A DNA stretch of 64,000 nucleotides from Octopus sinensis (taxonomy: Eukaryota): positions 63,426,001 to 63,490,000 of the forward strand of contig NC_042998.1 of the NCBI RefSeq assembly GCF_006345805.1. Reading direction: 5' to 3'. The notes under the pieces were generated by a model. That model was not told where the DNA came from and did not search any database. It saw only the letters and a program-made list of their open reading frames with translations. The position numbers and the translations under genes were made by a program. Below, piece after piece: positions 25,555-38,329 of the stretch (within the stretch, counting starts at the first letter, position 1; the number at the start of each line of letters is the position of its first letter).

Positions 25555-25950
25555 TAAAATTATTTTATTCTTTCACTAGTTTCAGCAATTTCACTGCAGC
25601 CACGCGTTTTAGTCGACCAAAGAAACACCCAGGTGCTTATTCTGTCATCGCTTTTGCCGAACCGCTAAGGTACGGAGAGGTAAACAAACCAGCGACAATT
25701 GTCAAGCTACGGTGGGGAGACAAACGCAGACACACGAACATATACATACACAGACAGACAGACACACACACACACACACACACACATACACACACATATA
25801 CATTTATATATACACACACACATATATACATACCTTGGTCGGCCGGAAGCTATAGTTGGAGACACTTCAACAAGGTATCACAGAGTGGGACTGAAATCAT
25901 GACCATATGGTTGGGAAGTAAGATTTTTACCACAAAAGCAACGCCTGCAC
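25555..25950 (-). mobile_element. SINE family 1, diverged
   Basis: Tail, body and head recognisable on the minus strand. Confidence 0.75.
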
Positions 25951-26448
25951 ATATATACAACTTAAAATTGAAGTTTAAATTTAAATCTAATATTTAAAAT
26001 TATCATCTTCGATGTATCCCGAGTAGCATGTGGATAAACCACTTTTGCTGACTAAGGGTGCCTGGGCTTATCACGGTAACTGTACAATCGTAGCTGGATT
26101 TACAATAGGAATTCCTAAGTGTACTTTGAGTATAATAGAAACAATGGATACGAAAACTGGAAACTCCATTTATCACAACAGTCGTTTCGATAACCACAAA
26201 CTATAACCAGTTAGACCGATGGATAGGTAGATAGATATGTATCTTATATCTTTTACTTGTTTTAATATTTGGATGGCAGTCACGCTGTGGTACCTCCTTG
26301 AAATGTTCTATACGAAGGAATCGACACCGTGTATTTTTTCAAAAATGTGTTGCTTATTCTATCGGGATCTTTGCAGAACTGCTAATGTTTGACCCCAGTG
26401 GTGGGTGCCAAACTCAGATGCAAAGACTCACACATATACATGTGTGTG

Positions 26449-26553
26449 AATATAGAAATAATCCACTAATTATCTAACAGAGATATCTCATTCTTTTGTT
26501 GTTACTTTTATTATGATCATTATATATATATATATATATATACACATACATAC

Positions 26554-26589
<36 letters not shown>

Positions 26590-27350
26590 ATATATGTATG
26601 TTATATATATATATATATTGTAAAAAAATGAAGTTCGAAAATGCTGCTGTATTATACAATTTTTAATTTTTATATATTACATTATAACATGTTTCAGTTC
26701 CTGAAATGAACCTTATCAAAAAAAGTTATATATAAAAAAAGACAGCTCATGCCGTCAAACACAAGAAATTCATTTATAATACACAACGGAGTCAGACATC
26801 TTAGAGTTCATGTATAGTTGATATATAGTTCATGTATAGTTAATATATAGTTTGAAGTATATGTTCAAAGTGTTCGATGCAGTGGCCCACGGTGGCGATA
26901 CGTATTCAATACAAAAAACAGATCAAAGTGGTGGAAAGCGGTCAATACAGAAGATTGATGTTTCCGAAAGAGCGAGGAATTCATTTTTACCTTAAGCAAA
27001 TGTGATGACCCATGGTGGATGTTCGCTGGGTGGTTCTAGTGAGTTTTTGTGAAGTGCTCGGTTTTATAATGCCTGTTAGATGGTCAATCCAGCGTAGCGT
27101 GACGTCATCAACGATTTGACCAATCGTTTCGTTAGGTGGCTTTAGTCAAGTAGAACGGGACGTCATCATTATGTTGACCAATCGCTGCATTATAACTGCC
27201 TCTTGTTTGTTTCCTGTTTTGACCAGTCGCTTCGTTAGTCAAGTAGAACGGGACGTCATCATTATATATATGTATATAATGATCATAATAAAAGTAACAA
27301 CAAAAGAATGAGATATCTCTGTTAGATAAATAGTGGATTATTTCTATATT
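26449..27350. mobile_element. ~900-bp element bounded by near-perfect ~77-bp inverted repeats
   Basis: 26449-26525 is the reverse complement of 27274-27350; internal 31-bp direct repeat and TGACGTCA/CCAAT motifs. Confidence 0.7.
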
Positions 27351-28309
27351 TTATAAGTTAAAAGAAACAGTAAATGTTTGTCATTATAGTACTCGGTGTT
27401 TCAAATATCGGAGTGAAGAGCCACGATACATTCTCGTCGAGGTATTAATGACAACAGACGCTATGAGAGACCGTTGAATAAGAGGGCGGTTACTCTAGTT
27501 GGTAGAAAAAAATATGCTACTATATTCTGACAATGCATAGATATAAACCTCCTGCGTTCACAACGTCTACATACGTACACATTCACACACACGTTTACGT
27601 ACATGCTCTTACACACACAAACATACATGTATGTAGTAATCATACATACAGACATATCCACACACACAACCTCGTCTTCATAATTGCTTACATGCATACA
27701 TGTTACATAATACATATACATTTAGACATATATACGTATAAATATACGTTTTTGTATATATATGTGTGTGTGCGTGTGTGACTGGAAGGTTTATATGTGT
27801 ATATGTGTATATATATTTATATATATATATGTACATGCATATTTTTATATATGTGTACATATATATATTATATATATATATATATATACACATACATATA
27901 CACCCTCCTATCACACACCTACAGCTGCATATATACGAAGATATGCACATCCGAATAAATGAAGGAGACGTGTGCATGAAATTCGCATTTATGCACCGTA
28001 CACATTCTCATACTCATATACATATTTATAAATACACACACACATACACACGCATACTCACATAATTAAAAAGGAAAACTGAAAAAAATTAAACGATATA
28101 TATAGGAAATAAAAAATAATAAATTCATGGAAGTTAAAACATATGGGGAAGCTTGTGCTGGAACATAGTACAAATGTGGCTTGTAGCCGTGATCTTGGTG
28201 GGCCCAAAACCGTAACAGGTATTTTGTGACATATGGATATGATCCAAATTGTTCAGTTCTTGAATTTAAACATTTAGCGGGTACCACACACACGCATGTA
28301 TACTCCTTT

Positions 28310-30260
28310 ATTCTTTTACTGGACTTAGCTAACAGTTGAGGCCACGATGGAACAACGTTTTTCAGTGTGTTTGAGTCTCCTTTCTGTACAGTTTCTCATA
28401 AGGATTCCTGTTGGATGGAGTCGCTGTTTGCGTTGTGTCTCCTGCCGCGATATGGGTTTGTCTCGGATTTCGAAAAGGAATTTGTTCAGATCGATTTTGA
28501 TCGTTTCAACATCTACACCTCCAAAATTTCTGTGGTTGTCTGACAAGACTTTAAACGGCTGGGGTCCTCTGAAACAAAAGCTATTGCATTACTGATTCAT
28601 TCTAGAGGGAAAGACGGCAAATTTTGTATTATGCAGTGCCATCCAGTTCGGTCGTTTGTATTGCATTTAATTCTAAGTTTGAAGCTTGATCTCCCGGAGA
28701 CTTCCGTATGTATATCACTGCATATCTTTCTCCCCTTCACTCCAGGAAGTGGAGCTTCAGTTCTTTTAGCTTCTCCTAGTAGCTTATCTGTTTCACCGAA
28801 TCAAATTTCTATGTGTGGTAGCCCTTGATTGCATCATGTTCCGCGGCGACCACAGTTGGCAGCAGGTAATCCAGATGACTGAGAACGTAACTTCTCCATA
28901 GGATGAGCAAGGTATCCTTATTTCTTTTTCTGAATGATCTAAGAATCCATCCAGTTACACACCTGCACAACGTTCCCATCTTTGAAATATACCAATGGAC
29001 TGCATTATTTACTCATGTAGAAAGCGACGAGCTGACACAGTCGTTAGCACGCCAGGCGAAATGCTTAGCAGCATTTCGTCTGCCGCGACGTTCTGATTTC
29101 AAATGCCAACGAGGTCTACTTTGCCTTTCATCCTTTTGGGGTCCATAAATTAAGTACCAGTAAACCACTGGGGTCAATGTAATCAACTAGTTCCCTCCTA
29201 CCAAATTCCGGGCCTTGCGCCTATAGTAGAAAGGATTATTACTTATGTGGATTCCCAGATTATACATTGATTCGAACTCTAGGATTTCACTATTGTATTT
29301 TGTTTGTAGGCCAATAGTGGAGTGCTCGAAACTAATCAGCAATGGACGGCATGTTCTTTTGATCAGTCCATTTGTATATTGCATGCAAGGCGTTTTGTAG
29401 TTTTTATGTAGTCAGGGTCCTTGACCGGCTGTGATGCATTTGTTTCATTAATGTACCTGGTGAGAGTGGGTGTCTATACGACTGGAGGAATATCTCAGAG
29501 AGCCAACACAACTGTAGTGATCCCAGTATTGTTCCATGAGGAGCTCCGCAGCGGATAAATGTCTCACCAGAGCGTTTACCATTGGCTACAGCTATCCGAC
29601 TTGTATTTTAAAACTTCGTGCAGCCACTCTCGCGGTTTTCCAGTGATACTTAGGTTACGTAGCTTGTGACATATCTCATGATCAACTTTGCCAAAGGTTT
29701 TGGTAACGTCAAGAAAAATCTGTCTCAATACCCGGTTATAATGTTGTGATGCAACTCCTTCCTGAGTAGAAACCATGTTATGTGTTTCTGAGCAAGATAT
29801 TCTCTTCCAGGAACGTCATCAGTCTCCTTCTGATAAGCCGTTCCATGATCTTGCTAACATGTAAAAGCAGACAGAAAGGCTTGTAATTTTAGCATCCGCC
29901 CTGCTTGCTCCTTTATATACATGGGGTATGATATCCACCTTTGACAGTATCTACAGTGGTTTTACAAGAATATATCTTCTGCAGAACTGCCCTAAGTCCA
30001 CCTGCGTCCGCTGGTGAGTTTAGCTCATCTCATCAATGGCCTATATTACATCTCCCTCTTTCATGTCGATGTAATCGATAATTGCCTTTCTGCCATGTAG
30101 GTCCGTAGCGCTGGAAATCTCTTTAGTCTCGCTTATTTGCATGTTTCTCACTGGAGAGGTGAAGACACTCTGGAATTGTTCATTTAGCATTCACTTATCC
30201 TCTTCGTGGCCGCAGTTAGCGAACACTCGTCTTTGAACAATGACCCTAACTTATTATATC
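28310..30260 (-). mobile_element. Old CR1-clade LINE 3' fragment with a nested SINE
   Basis: IFLDVTKTFGKVDHEICHKLRNLSITGK (RT); GVDVETIKIDLNKFLFEIRDKP (C-terminus, homologous to the 59-kb element). Confidence 0.75.
29020..29240 (+). mobile_element. SINE family 2 monomer (tail Y) nested in CR1
   Basis: Family homology; degenerate TSD tactcatgtag / tacttatgtgg. Confidence 0.8.
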
Positions 30261-30551
30261 ATACGTTGATACTGTGTGGACTAAGATACCTGTTGACAGG
30301 CCACTAGTATTTATAGAATGTTAATCTTCGGTATGCAAATTAGGGACTCTTTCAAAGAGTAACTGCTGCTTTTGTAGAGTATATAAACGGTTTGGCTTCT
30401 TGCTATTTTCTGGAGATTGTGAGAATGATGTGGACACCTCTAATGAGAATCCAATAAGGCCTGAAAATCGATTAAAGCTTTTCGTCACTTTTTTTTCACT
30501 CTGCGGAGAAATGGCTAAAAATTGCCCTGTTTATAATTATACTATATGTTA

Positions 30552-30595
<44 letters not shown>

Positions 30596-31009
30596 ATACA
30601 CTAACTGCGCACTCGATAATTCTCAGGAAAGCGGGGCTTATCCTTTGGTTCCGTTCTCATAATTGTTTCGCTAATCTAGTAACAACAATTCGAAGTATGT
30701 AGCTTTTAAAACGGTTTTTGTGCATTTTCAGAGAATATCGAACTATCTTACACAAGATCTTGTTTTTAACAATTCCCAAGAAGTTATGAATACCCAAATT
30801 GTGAAGTGAGTTATGCAATAACATAAAATTAGTTTTCCCGATAGTAAAAATTCAAATACAGTAGCCCCGGAAAGGGTGGTATGAATGACTTTGGCATTTA
30901 TTTCAAGCAAATCGTGCAACAACATAGATACGATCTGTTTTTGGCTTGTTTGATATTGATGGTTACGTGGATTCTGCTTAACTCAAATGCAATGGTAATG
31001 GTGATTTAA

Positions 31010-31103
31010 ATGATGATGATGATGATGATGATGATGATAATGATGATGATGGCGATAGTGAAAGTAGTGAACATTTTAACAGCGTTGATAAAGACGACGA
31101 TGG

Positions 31104-31137
<34 letters not shown>
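31010..31137. repeat. (GAT)n microsatellite, interrupted
   Basis: Direct reading. Confidence 0.9.
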
Positions 31138-31138
<1 letters not shown>

Positions 31139-31742
31139 AAATATTTTGCGGTGATGGTGCTAAGATTATCATGTTGACGTAATAAATATGTTTACAAAAG
31201 TGTTCACTGTTAGCTTATGTTAATGAGAATGAGGAAAAGCCATAATAGAAGGCGGATATGGAAACGCACTGAATAAATTATGATGATTGTGAAAACAGGA
31301 AAAAACAAGAAAACATGACAAAAGACCGCTCAGAATCATACTAAGAGAACAATAGTAGCATTATAATCATCATAATCATCATCACCGCCATCACCGCCAT
31401 CATTACCATCCTGGTTCTCCTTTTCCTTCTCCCCCTCCTCATTATCATCATCCTCATCCGCATCCTCAACATCTTCATAGCCATCGCCGTCGTGGTTGAC
31501 TTCTTCTTTGTCGTTATTATGTTATAATCGTCAGCCGGCAATGATATTCTTTTTCTCTGATGCTGTAATCACATATAGAGAAGTGTTACAGAGAGAAATA
31601 GCGTGATGGGGGGGGGGAGAGACGAAGGATTGAAAAGACTGAGAGATTGAGCGTGAGTGACAGAGAGAGAGATAGACATAGAGAAGAAGGCGGAGGAGGA
31701 GATGAAAGGGGAAAATGCAGAGAGAGAGAGAGAGGGAGAGCG

Positions 31743-31793
<51 letters not shown>

Positions 31794-32090
31794 CCGGCAG
31801 AAAGTCTGTGTACAAATTCTAAATTGATCAGACAATAACGACAAGGACAATCAAATAATAATCACCCGAGTCTCCAGAAATCAGCAACAACAACTACATA
31901 ACTGTCAGCCATTACATTCTGTGTTCAAATAATGTCATATTCATAGTTTGTATTCATCACTCAAAGGTGAATCAATGCCACCGCAAATTGTAATGAATTC
32001 CATTGAAGACATTTATATTTCTCTTGTGAAATTTGCCATATGTGGAGCTCAGGTAATTGTCTCCGTATCTTTCAAATAAATGTCTGTAAA

Positions 32091-32230
32091 TGGGGCAGAC
32101 GTGGCTGTGTGGTTAGAAGCCTACTTCCCAAACATATGGTTCTGAGTTCAGTACACCTTAGGCAAGTAACTTCAATTGTAGCCTCACGCCGATCAAAGCC
32201 TCGTGATAAGATTTTGCACAAGAGCCTGAA
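32091..32230 (+). mobile_element. SINE family 1 head fragment
   Basis: GTGGCTGTGTGGTTAGAAGC...CCTTAGGCAAG. Confidence 0.7.
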
Positions 32231-32274
32231 AATAAAAAGGAGCCCATCGCATATATATATATATATATAGATAA

Positions 32275-32331
<57 letters not shown>

Positions 32332-32620
32332 ATATAATATATATATATTATTCTATATATATCTATATATATAATGATATATATATATAAGTAAACGTAG
32401 AATAATATAATGTATATACTATGTATATTATATGTATATATATATATATATATATGTATATACTATGTATATATATATATATATCTATATTATATATATA
32501 TATAATATATATATATATATAACGTAGAAGAATTTATATGTATATACTTGATCTTTAGTATGGTTATTAACTATATTATTCTAGTCTCCGCTTGCATTGC
32601 CTCCGTTGAGATTATTAAAC

Positions 32621-32672
<52 letters not shown>

Positions 32673-32964
32673 ATAAAGGGTAAAAATCATTAATGGCCAG
32701 CGTGTAAATACAAACCACATAGGTAAATTTTACAAAACATTTTATAATTGTATATAAAATTATAAGAAGGGATTGGCAATATGCGTCGCCACGTACGCTA
32801 AACATAGACGTCCAAAGACACTATTACTACCTTAAATGTGTCTTTTGGCGTCTATTTTTACAGTGCGTGGTGAGGTATATAGTCAATCAATTCTCATAAT
32901 TATGTACATAATTATAATATATATACACACATATATACACACACATATATATATATATGTATAA

Positions 32965-33064
<100 letters not shown>

Positions 33065-33298
33065 CTCAATTATGTTGAAAGAACAAAACCTTCTTTTGTA
33101 CAAAATTGTACATCTTTATTACCATGGCTGTAATATACTCTAAAATCCTGTAAAACAATTCTTCCGCGTTTTTTCAGCTTTTCTCTTTCTGTATTTATAT
33201 CCACAACGTGAATTTCCCCATTAAAATATTTTCTACTACATACATACATACATGCATTCATGCATACATACATGCATAAATACATACATACATAAATG

Positions 33299-33351
<53 letters not shown>

Positions 33352-33439
33352 GTTAAATATACTTAGACAACAAAGTCAATGCAGTGTAAAATTTCTAGGA
33401 ATTTTATAAAGAGAAGGTTAGTCTTGCAGTCAGATATCC

Positions 33440-33502
33440 CTTCTTCTTCTTCTTCTTCTTCTTCTTCTTCTTCTTCTTCTTCTTCTCTTCTTCTTCTTCT
33501 TC

Positions 33503-33580
<78 letters not shown>
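33440..33580. repeat. (TTC)n-(TTA)n compound microsatellite
   Basis: Direct reading. Confidence 0.95.
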
Positions 33581-33839
33581 AATCGTTAGAGAATTGCAGA
33601 AAATGTTATACAGTATGTGTTCCATCTTTTCACTTCCTGATTTCAAATACAGAACCGTTGAATTTGCTTTTCATTTTTCCAGCATCGATAAAATAATGTA
33701 CCAGTCAAAAACTGAGGTCGACGACACCGACTCATCCACTTCTCTTAAAATAGTTTGCTACATTGCAAAATCTTTCACTTTTCAGAAACTCCATAACATA
33801 TAAACCAGAGTGCAATCCATTACGGGTCCTTAATACACA

Positions 33840-34029
33840 CTGCCCATTTGTGAAGCCACGGCGTTCGGAAGGAGCGCAGCCCTTCAAGCTGCCCATTTGA
33901 GAGGCCACATCGTTCGCAAGGAGCGCTGTTATACGCTGCCGATTTGTGACATCACAGCGTTCGCAAGGAGCCCTGATATACGCTGCCCATTTCTGAAGCC
34001 ACAGCGTTCGCAAGGGGCGCAGCCCTTCA
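33840..34029. repeat. GC-rich minisatellite, 4 units of 47-49 bp
   Basis: Units start at 33840, 33889, 33936 and 33983; consensus CTGCCCATTTGTGAAGCCACAGCGTTCGCAAGGAGCGC. Confidence 0.9.
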
Positions 34030-34575
34030 TGTTAACAAATAAGCGTTGTATGAAAATGACGATATTGTGTAGAGGATTGAAACGATTTACAGCATTTTTG
34101 ACAGGAATTTTTGTTAATGTTCACGTCATTTATATTTTGCAAATCGTTTCTGTATTTGAGTAGAATTTAGTGGAGAAAGTTTTCAAGCCTTTCTGCTACT
34201 TTACAAATCCATCGATCATATTACTTTTTCGTGTTGAAAGTTTGCTGAAAATATAAAACTTCTTTAGAAGTTTTTCTCTACCTCATCAAGCTGCGCTTTT
34301 TGTTTATATATGTTTAAAAAACGACATTTATATAGAAAAACCAAGTTGTTTTCTATTAGCTTCAGTGCAAATCAAAACTAATAAAATACATTTAAAAGCT
34401 AATCTGGAATCCAATATGCTTTAGAGATATCATTACCATGTTTCTGAAGTAAAAGAAAAACCGCTTAAAGATAATATTATACACACACACATGCACATAT
34501 ACATATATAAATACATATATAAATGCATGTAAATAAGCACACATATATGCATATATACGTCTATGCATACATACG

Positions 34576-34609
<34 letters not shown>

Positions 34610-35154
34610 AATGTATACATACATGCAGACAAACGTATACATAAATACAATTATTTTCTTTTCTTTTTCGTTGAGAATGTCAAAGGAAAGAATAATTTAC
34701 TCGCTAAGCTGATTAAAACTAGTGGAGTTCATTTTTGATTTTCACGATAATGATAATATGAATTATCTAATGAATTAACAGATCTCAATATCCCCATCAA
34801 CTATTACATACGACATGTTGCCACATGAAAAATAACTGATATTCAATGAACCTTCCCAAAAACAAAAATGGTTGCAATAATATAGAAATAAGAGAATTAT
34901 CAAAAAATATACTGTCAATGGATCGTTTAATGATAAAAATCAATCAATATTTCATATGCTGCTGATTTGATGTATTTTACCTCGGCTGATACGGTGATTC
35001 AACCAATCGATATCAATCATGTAAAGAGTTAACGGTTCTTATTTTGTTTTTTAAGCAAAATTTTATCAGACAAGTATAGAAGTAACGTAAATGACAGCAT
35101 GTGATATTTGAATAAGATACACATCATGCACATGTGAACACCATACGCAAATAA

Positions 35155-35188
<34 letters not shown>

Positions 35189-35263
35189 ATCTGTGTGTAT
35201 ATGCGTATGTGCATGAAGTGTATATTTATATGTATACATATATAAATGTACATACATATATAT

Positions 35264-35294
<31 letters not shown>

Positions 35295-35324
35295 GTATGT
35301 ATATATATATATATATATATATAG

Positions 35325-35355
<31 letters not shown>

Positions 35356-36499
35356 ATATATATACACACATACATACATAAATACATATACATGCATATA
35401 TTTGCACATACGAATCCATGGAAGCACAAACATTGGCACGTAGCGACGCAACTATATACACACCAAAAAATTGAAAAATACCAAAAGAATATCACACAAC
35501 AAACAAACATGCATACATTTGAGCAAATAATAATAACTTTATCTGCGATATTAAAGCGCTGATAGCAGTAACAAAACAAACATTTTAACAGAGAATATAT
35601 TGAAGAAGATAAATGAAAACACATGTTAAACCTATAATACGCTTTGGTGTTGTGATTTATTGTCTGTCATATTCTGTTTGTTATTTCTGTGGGAATTTTG
35701 GCTGATGATTAAATTTTTATCAGGAAACGCAAATATCTGCTGTTTTTATTTGCATCATATTTGTGAAATTTTCATTATTATTTTGTGATGTGTTTTCATT
35801 GCATTTTATTATTATTATTATAAATTTTATTTCGAAATGTATTGAAATGTTAGCATGTATGTCTATACATTTTGTCATATGATGATTTGAATGATCGCTC
35901 GCTCTAGTGTAAATTACATGTAAACCGTTATCCGAGATATAATCATCTGATAGTACCTTATGGTGTAGTGTAACAAGATGTTATTGCCTATTACACTATA
36001 GATATATCAGCAATGATTGAGTATTCAGCATAAGAACAAACAAGCCTTTTACAAAATAGATATGTTAACACACGCGCGCGTGCGTACGTGCATACCCCAC
36101 CAACAAATAAATCTTTATTGATCACCTCTAAACGTTCTCCACTTTTTACGTTCTGTTTCCCTTTTCACCCTATTTCATTCATTTATTTCTGTTCAGTTAC
36201 TTCCTAGCAAATGTTGTCCTTAGATTTTGATTGAAACTATGTCAAAAAGTACATATTTATTCTATTTGATTATTGTTTATACCTGATAGGTATCTGACAT
36301 AAACATATATGCAGGATATAGGCAATTAGTATGAGAGCTTAATAAAGTTTTGAATAGTTCAGACTCAACCGTTCTCAAATACAAGTAGGCATAAAAAAGC
36401 ACATACATACATACACCCCCATATAGATATATATATATATTTTTTATGTATGTATGAATGTATGTATATCTATCTATCTATCTATCTATATATAATATA

Positions 36500-36549
<50 letters not shown>

Positions 36550-36839
36550 CCGTAATAATGAAGGGTGAAATTAATTAATTTGGAATAATTATCAATTACA
36601 CCAGGTAGTCTTCGGCATGTAAAAGCTTCATTCGAGGAAAATTTAAGTAATACTAAGCAATAAAGGGTTTAGCAACGAATTGCCTTACCACATACCGAAT
36701 TTAGAAATAGCAGTCAAAGAGTTATAGCTATTTCTTCTACTAAAAAGGGAGATCTCAGTAAAAACAGCAATTGGAAGGCAGACACAAACAGGTAAGAGAG
36801 AATGAATTGACGGCAATCTATCATACAATTTTAAGTTAT

Positions 36840-36937
36840 CTACGGACGCACGTTTCGAAATCAAGTTTTTAGGAAAGCATAAGAATTAAATATTAAATAA
36901 TTCTACCTTACCAAAACTTCTTTTCTCTTCAGCGTAG
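36840..36937 (-). ncRNA. Type I hammerhead ribozyme (mirror copy)
   Basis: Exact reverse complement of 37250-37347. Confidence 0.8.
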
Positions 36938-37249
36938 AATACTATAATCATAAATGATTATATATTGAATTTTGAGATACCAGAAGGCACCAACTCAACT
37001 CAGTATCAGAGCGAGCTAGAATCCGCAACTAGTATCACTAAATTCAAAGTGTGAATGAAAAGATTGTGTCACCACAGCATCTTGTTTTGGCTACACGCGG
37101 GTGGGAAGGGGCTGGTGACACAATCTTTTCATTCACACTTTGAATTTAGTGATACTAGTTGCGGATTCTAGCTCGCTCTGACACTGAGTTGAGTTGGTGC
37201 CTTCTAGTATCTCAAAATTCAATATATAATCATTTATGATTATAGTATT

Positions 37250-37347
37250 CTACGCTGAAGAGAAAAGAAGTTTTGGTAAGGTAGAATTATTTAATATTTA
37301 ATTCTTATGCTTTCCTAAAAACTTGATTTCGAAACGTGCGTCCGTAG
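37250..37347 (+). ncRNA. Type I hammerhead ribozyme with intact core
   Basis: ctacg-CTGAAGA-gaaa...tttc-GAAAC-gtgc-GTC-cgtag: 5-bp stem I, stem II closing a long loop, GUC cleavage triplet (cut after 37342). Confidence 0.8.
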
Positions 37348-37653
37348 ATAACTTAAAATTGTATGATAGATTGCCGTCAATTCATTCTCTCTTACCTGTT
37401 TGTGTCTGCCTTCCAGTTGCTGTTTTTACTGAGATCTCCCTTTTTAGTAGAAGAAATAGCTATAACTCTTTGACTGCTATTTCTAAATTCGGTATGTGGT
37501 AAGGCAATTCGTTGCTAAACCCTTTATTGCTTAGTATATATAGATATATACATACATACATACGTACATACATACATGCATACATACATGTATATATATA
37601 TATATATTAAATATATATATATATATGTATATATAGAGAGATATATACATACA

Positions 37654-37687
<34 letters not shown>

Positions 37688-37869
37688 CATACATACATAC
37701 ATCCATACATACATGCATACATACATGTATATATGCATCGAAATTAGGCTTCCCAAAACCGAAAAAGAAAACGCTAATTCGAAGACTACAGATCTAATCC
37801 ATCACTGAAACTGTACAAATCTGTAAAACGTTCCAGAAGTTTATCAGTTAAATATATATGGGCATACGG

Positions 37870-38240
37870 TATTTACATTATTTACATTTGACGGATATTT
37901 TTCCTCATCTTGTTTGTTGTTAAGACAACGTTTTGGCTGATATACCATCCAGCCTTCATTAGGTACATTTCGATGTTATTATTATTATTTTATTATTATT
38001 ATTATTATTATTATAATTATTATTATTCAGGTCACTGCTTGGAATCGAACTCAGAATCTTGAGGTTAGTAGCACGCGCTCTTAACCACTACACCATATAC
38101 CCAAGACACATGATGAACGCTGGAGCATATATAAGCCGAAACGTTGTGTTAACAACAACCAAGATGAGGACAGATATCCGTCAAATGTACATAATGTAAA
38201 TAATGTACATAATCTCTCATCTCTTAAATATAGAACTATA
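37870..38240. mobile_element. tRNA-headed, (AAT)n-linked, hammerhead-bearing SINE-like element (minus strand, 37870-38098) with an inverted copy of its tail (plus strand, 38099-38240)
   Basis: A box TGGTGTAGTGG (38085-95) and B box GTTCGATTCC (38041-50) on the minus strand; hammerhead-like cores at 37921-37965 (-) and 38105-38150 (+). Confidence 0.75.
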
Positions 38241-38329
38241 TATAAGTGTGTCTAGATATGGAACCTAATGTATGAGAAGACATACATAAAGCAATACATA
38301 CAAATATGAACATATATTTTCTCATTTCT

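Larger units (their letters stand above)
36551..37537. mobile_element. Penelope-type non-coding element as a 425-bp near-perfect inverted duplication in (TA)n
   Basis: 36650-37074 versus 37113-37537, 38-nt spacer, three substitutions seen; the left copy extends ~100 bp further. Confidence 0.85.

Noticed and set aside
26160-26215. GAAAC-containing hammerhead-like remnant (similar ones at ~49615-49660 and ~63127-63160)
   Set aside because: The CUGANGA core or the stems are too degraded to call.
33840-34029. CRISPR-like periodicity (also 54647-55023)
   Set aside because: Units are contiguous with no unique spacers, and the context is eukaryotic.
38030-38098. tRNA gene (also the SINE heads at 50036, 14782 and 39712)
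   Set aside because: Acceptor stems do not pair, and the heads are fused to repeat bodies.
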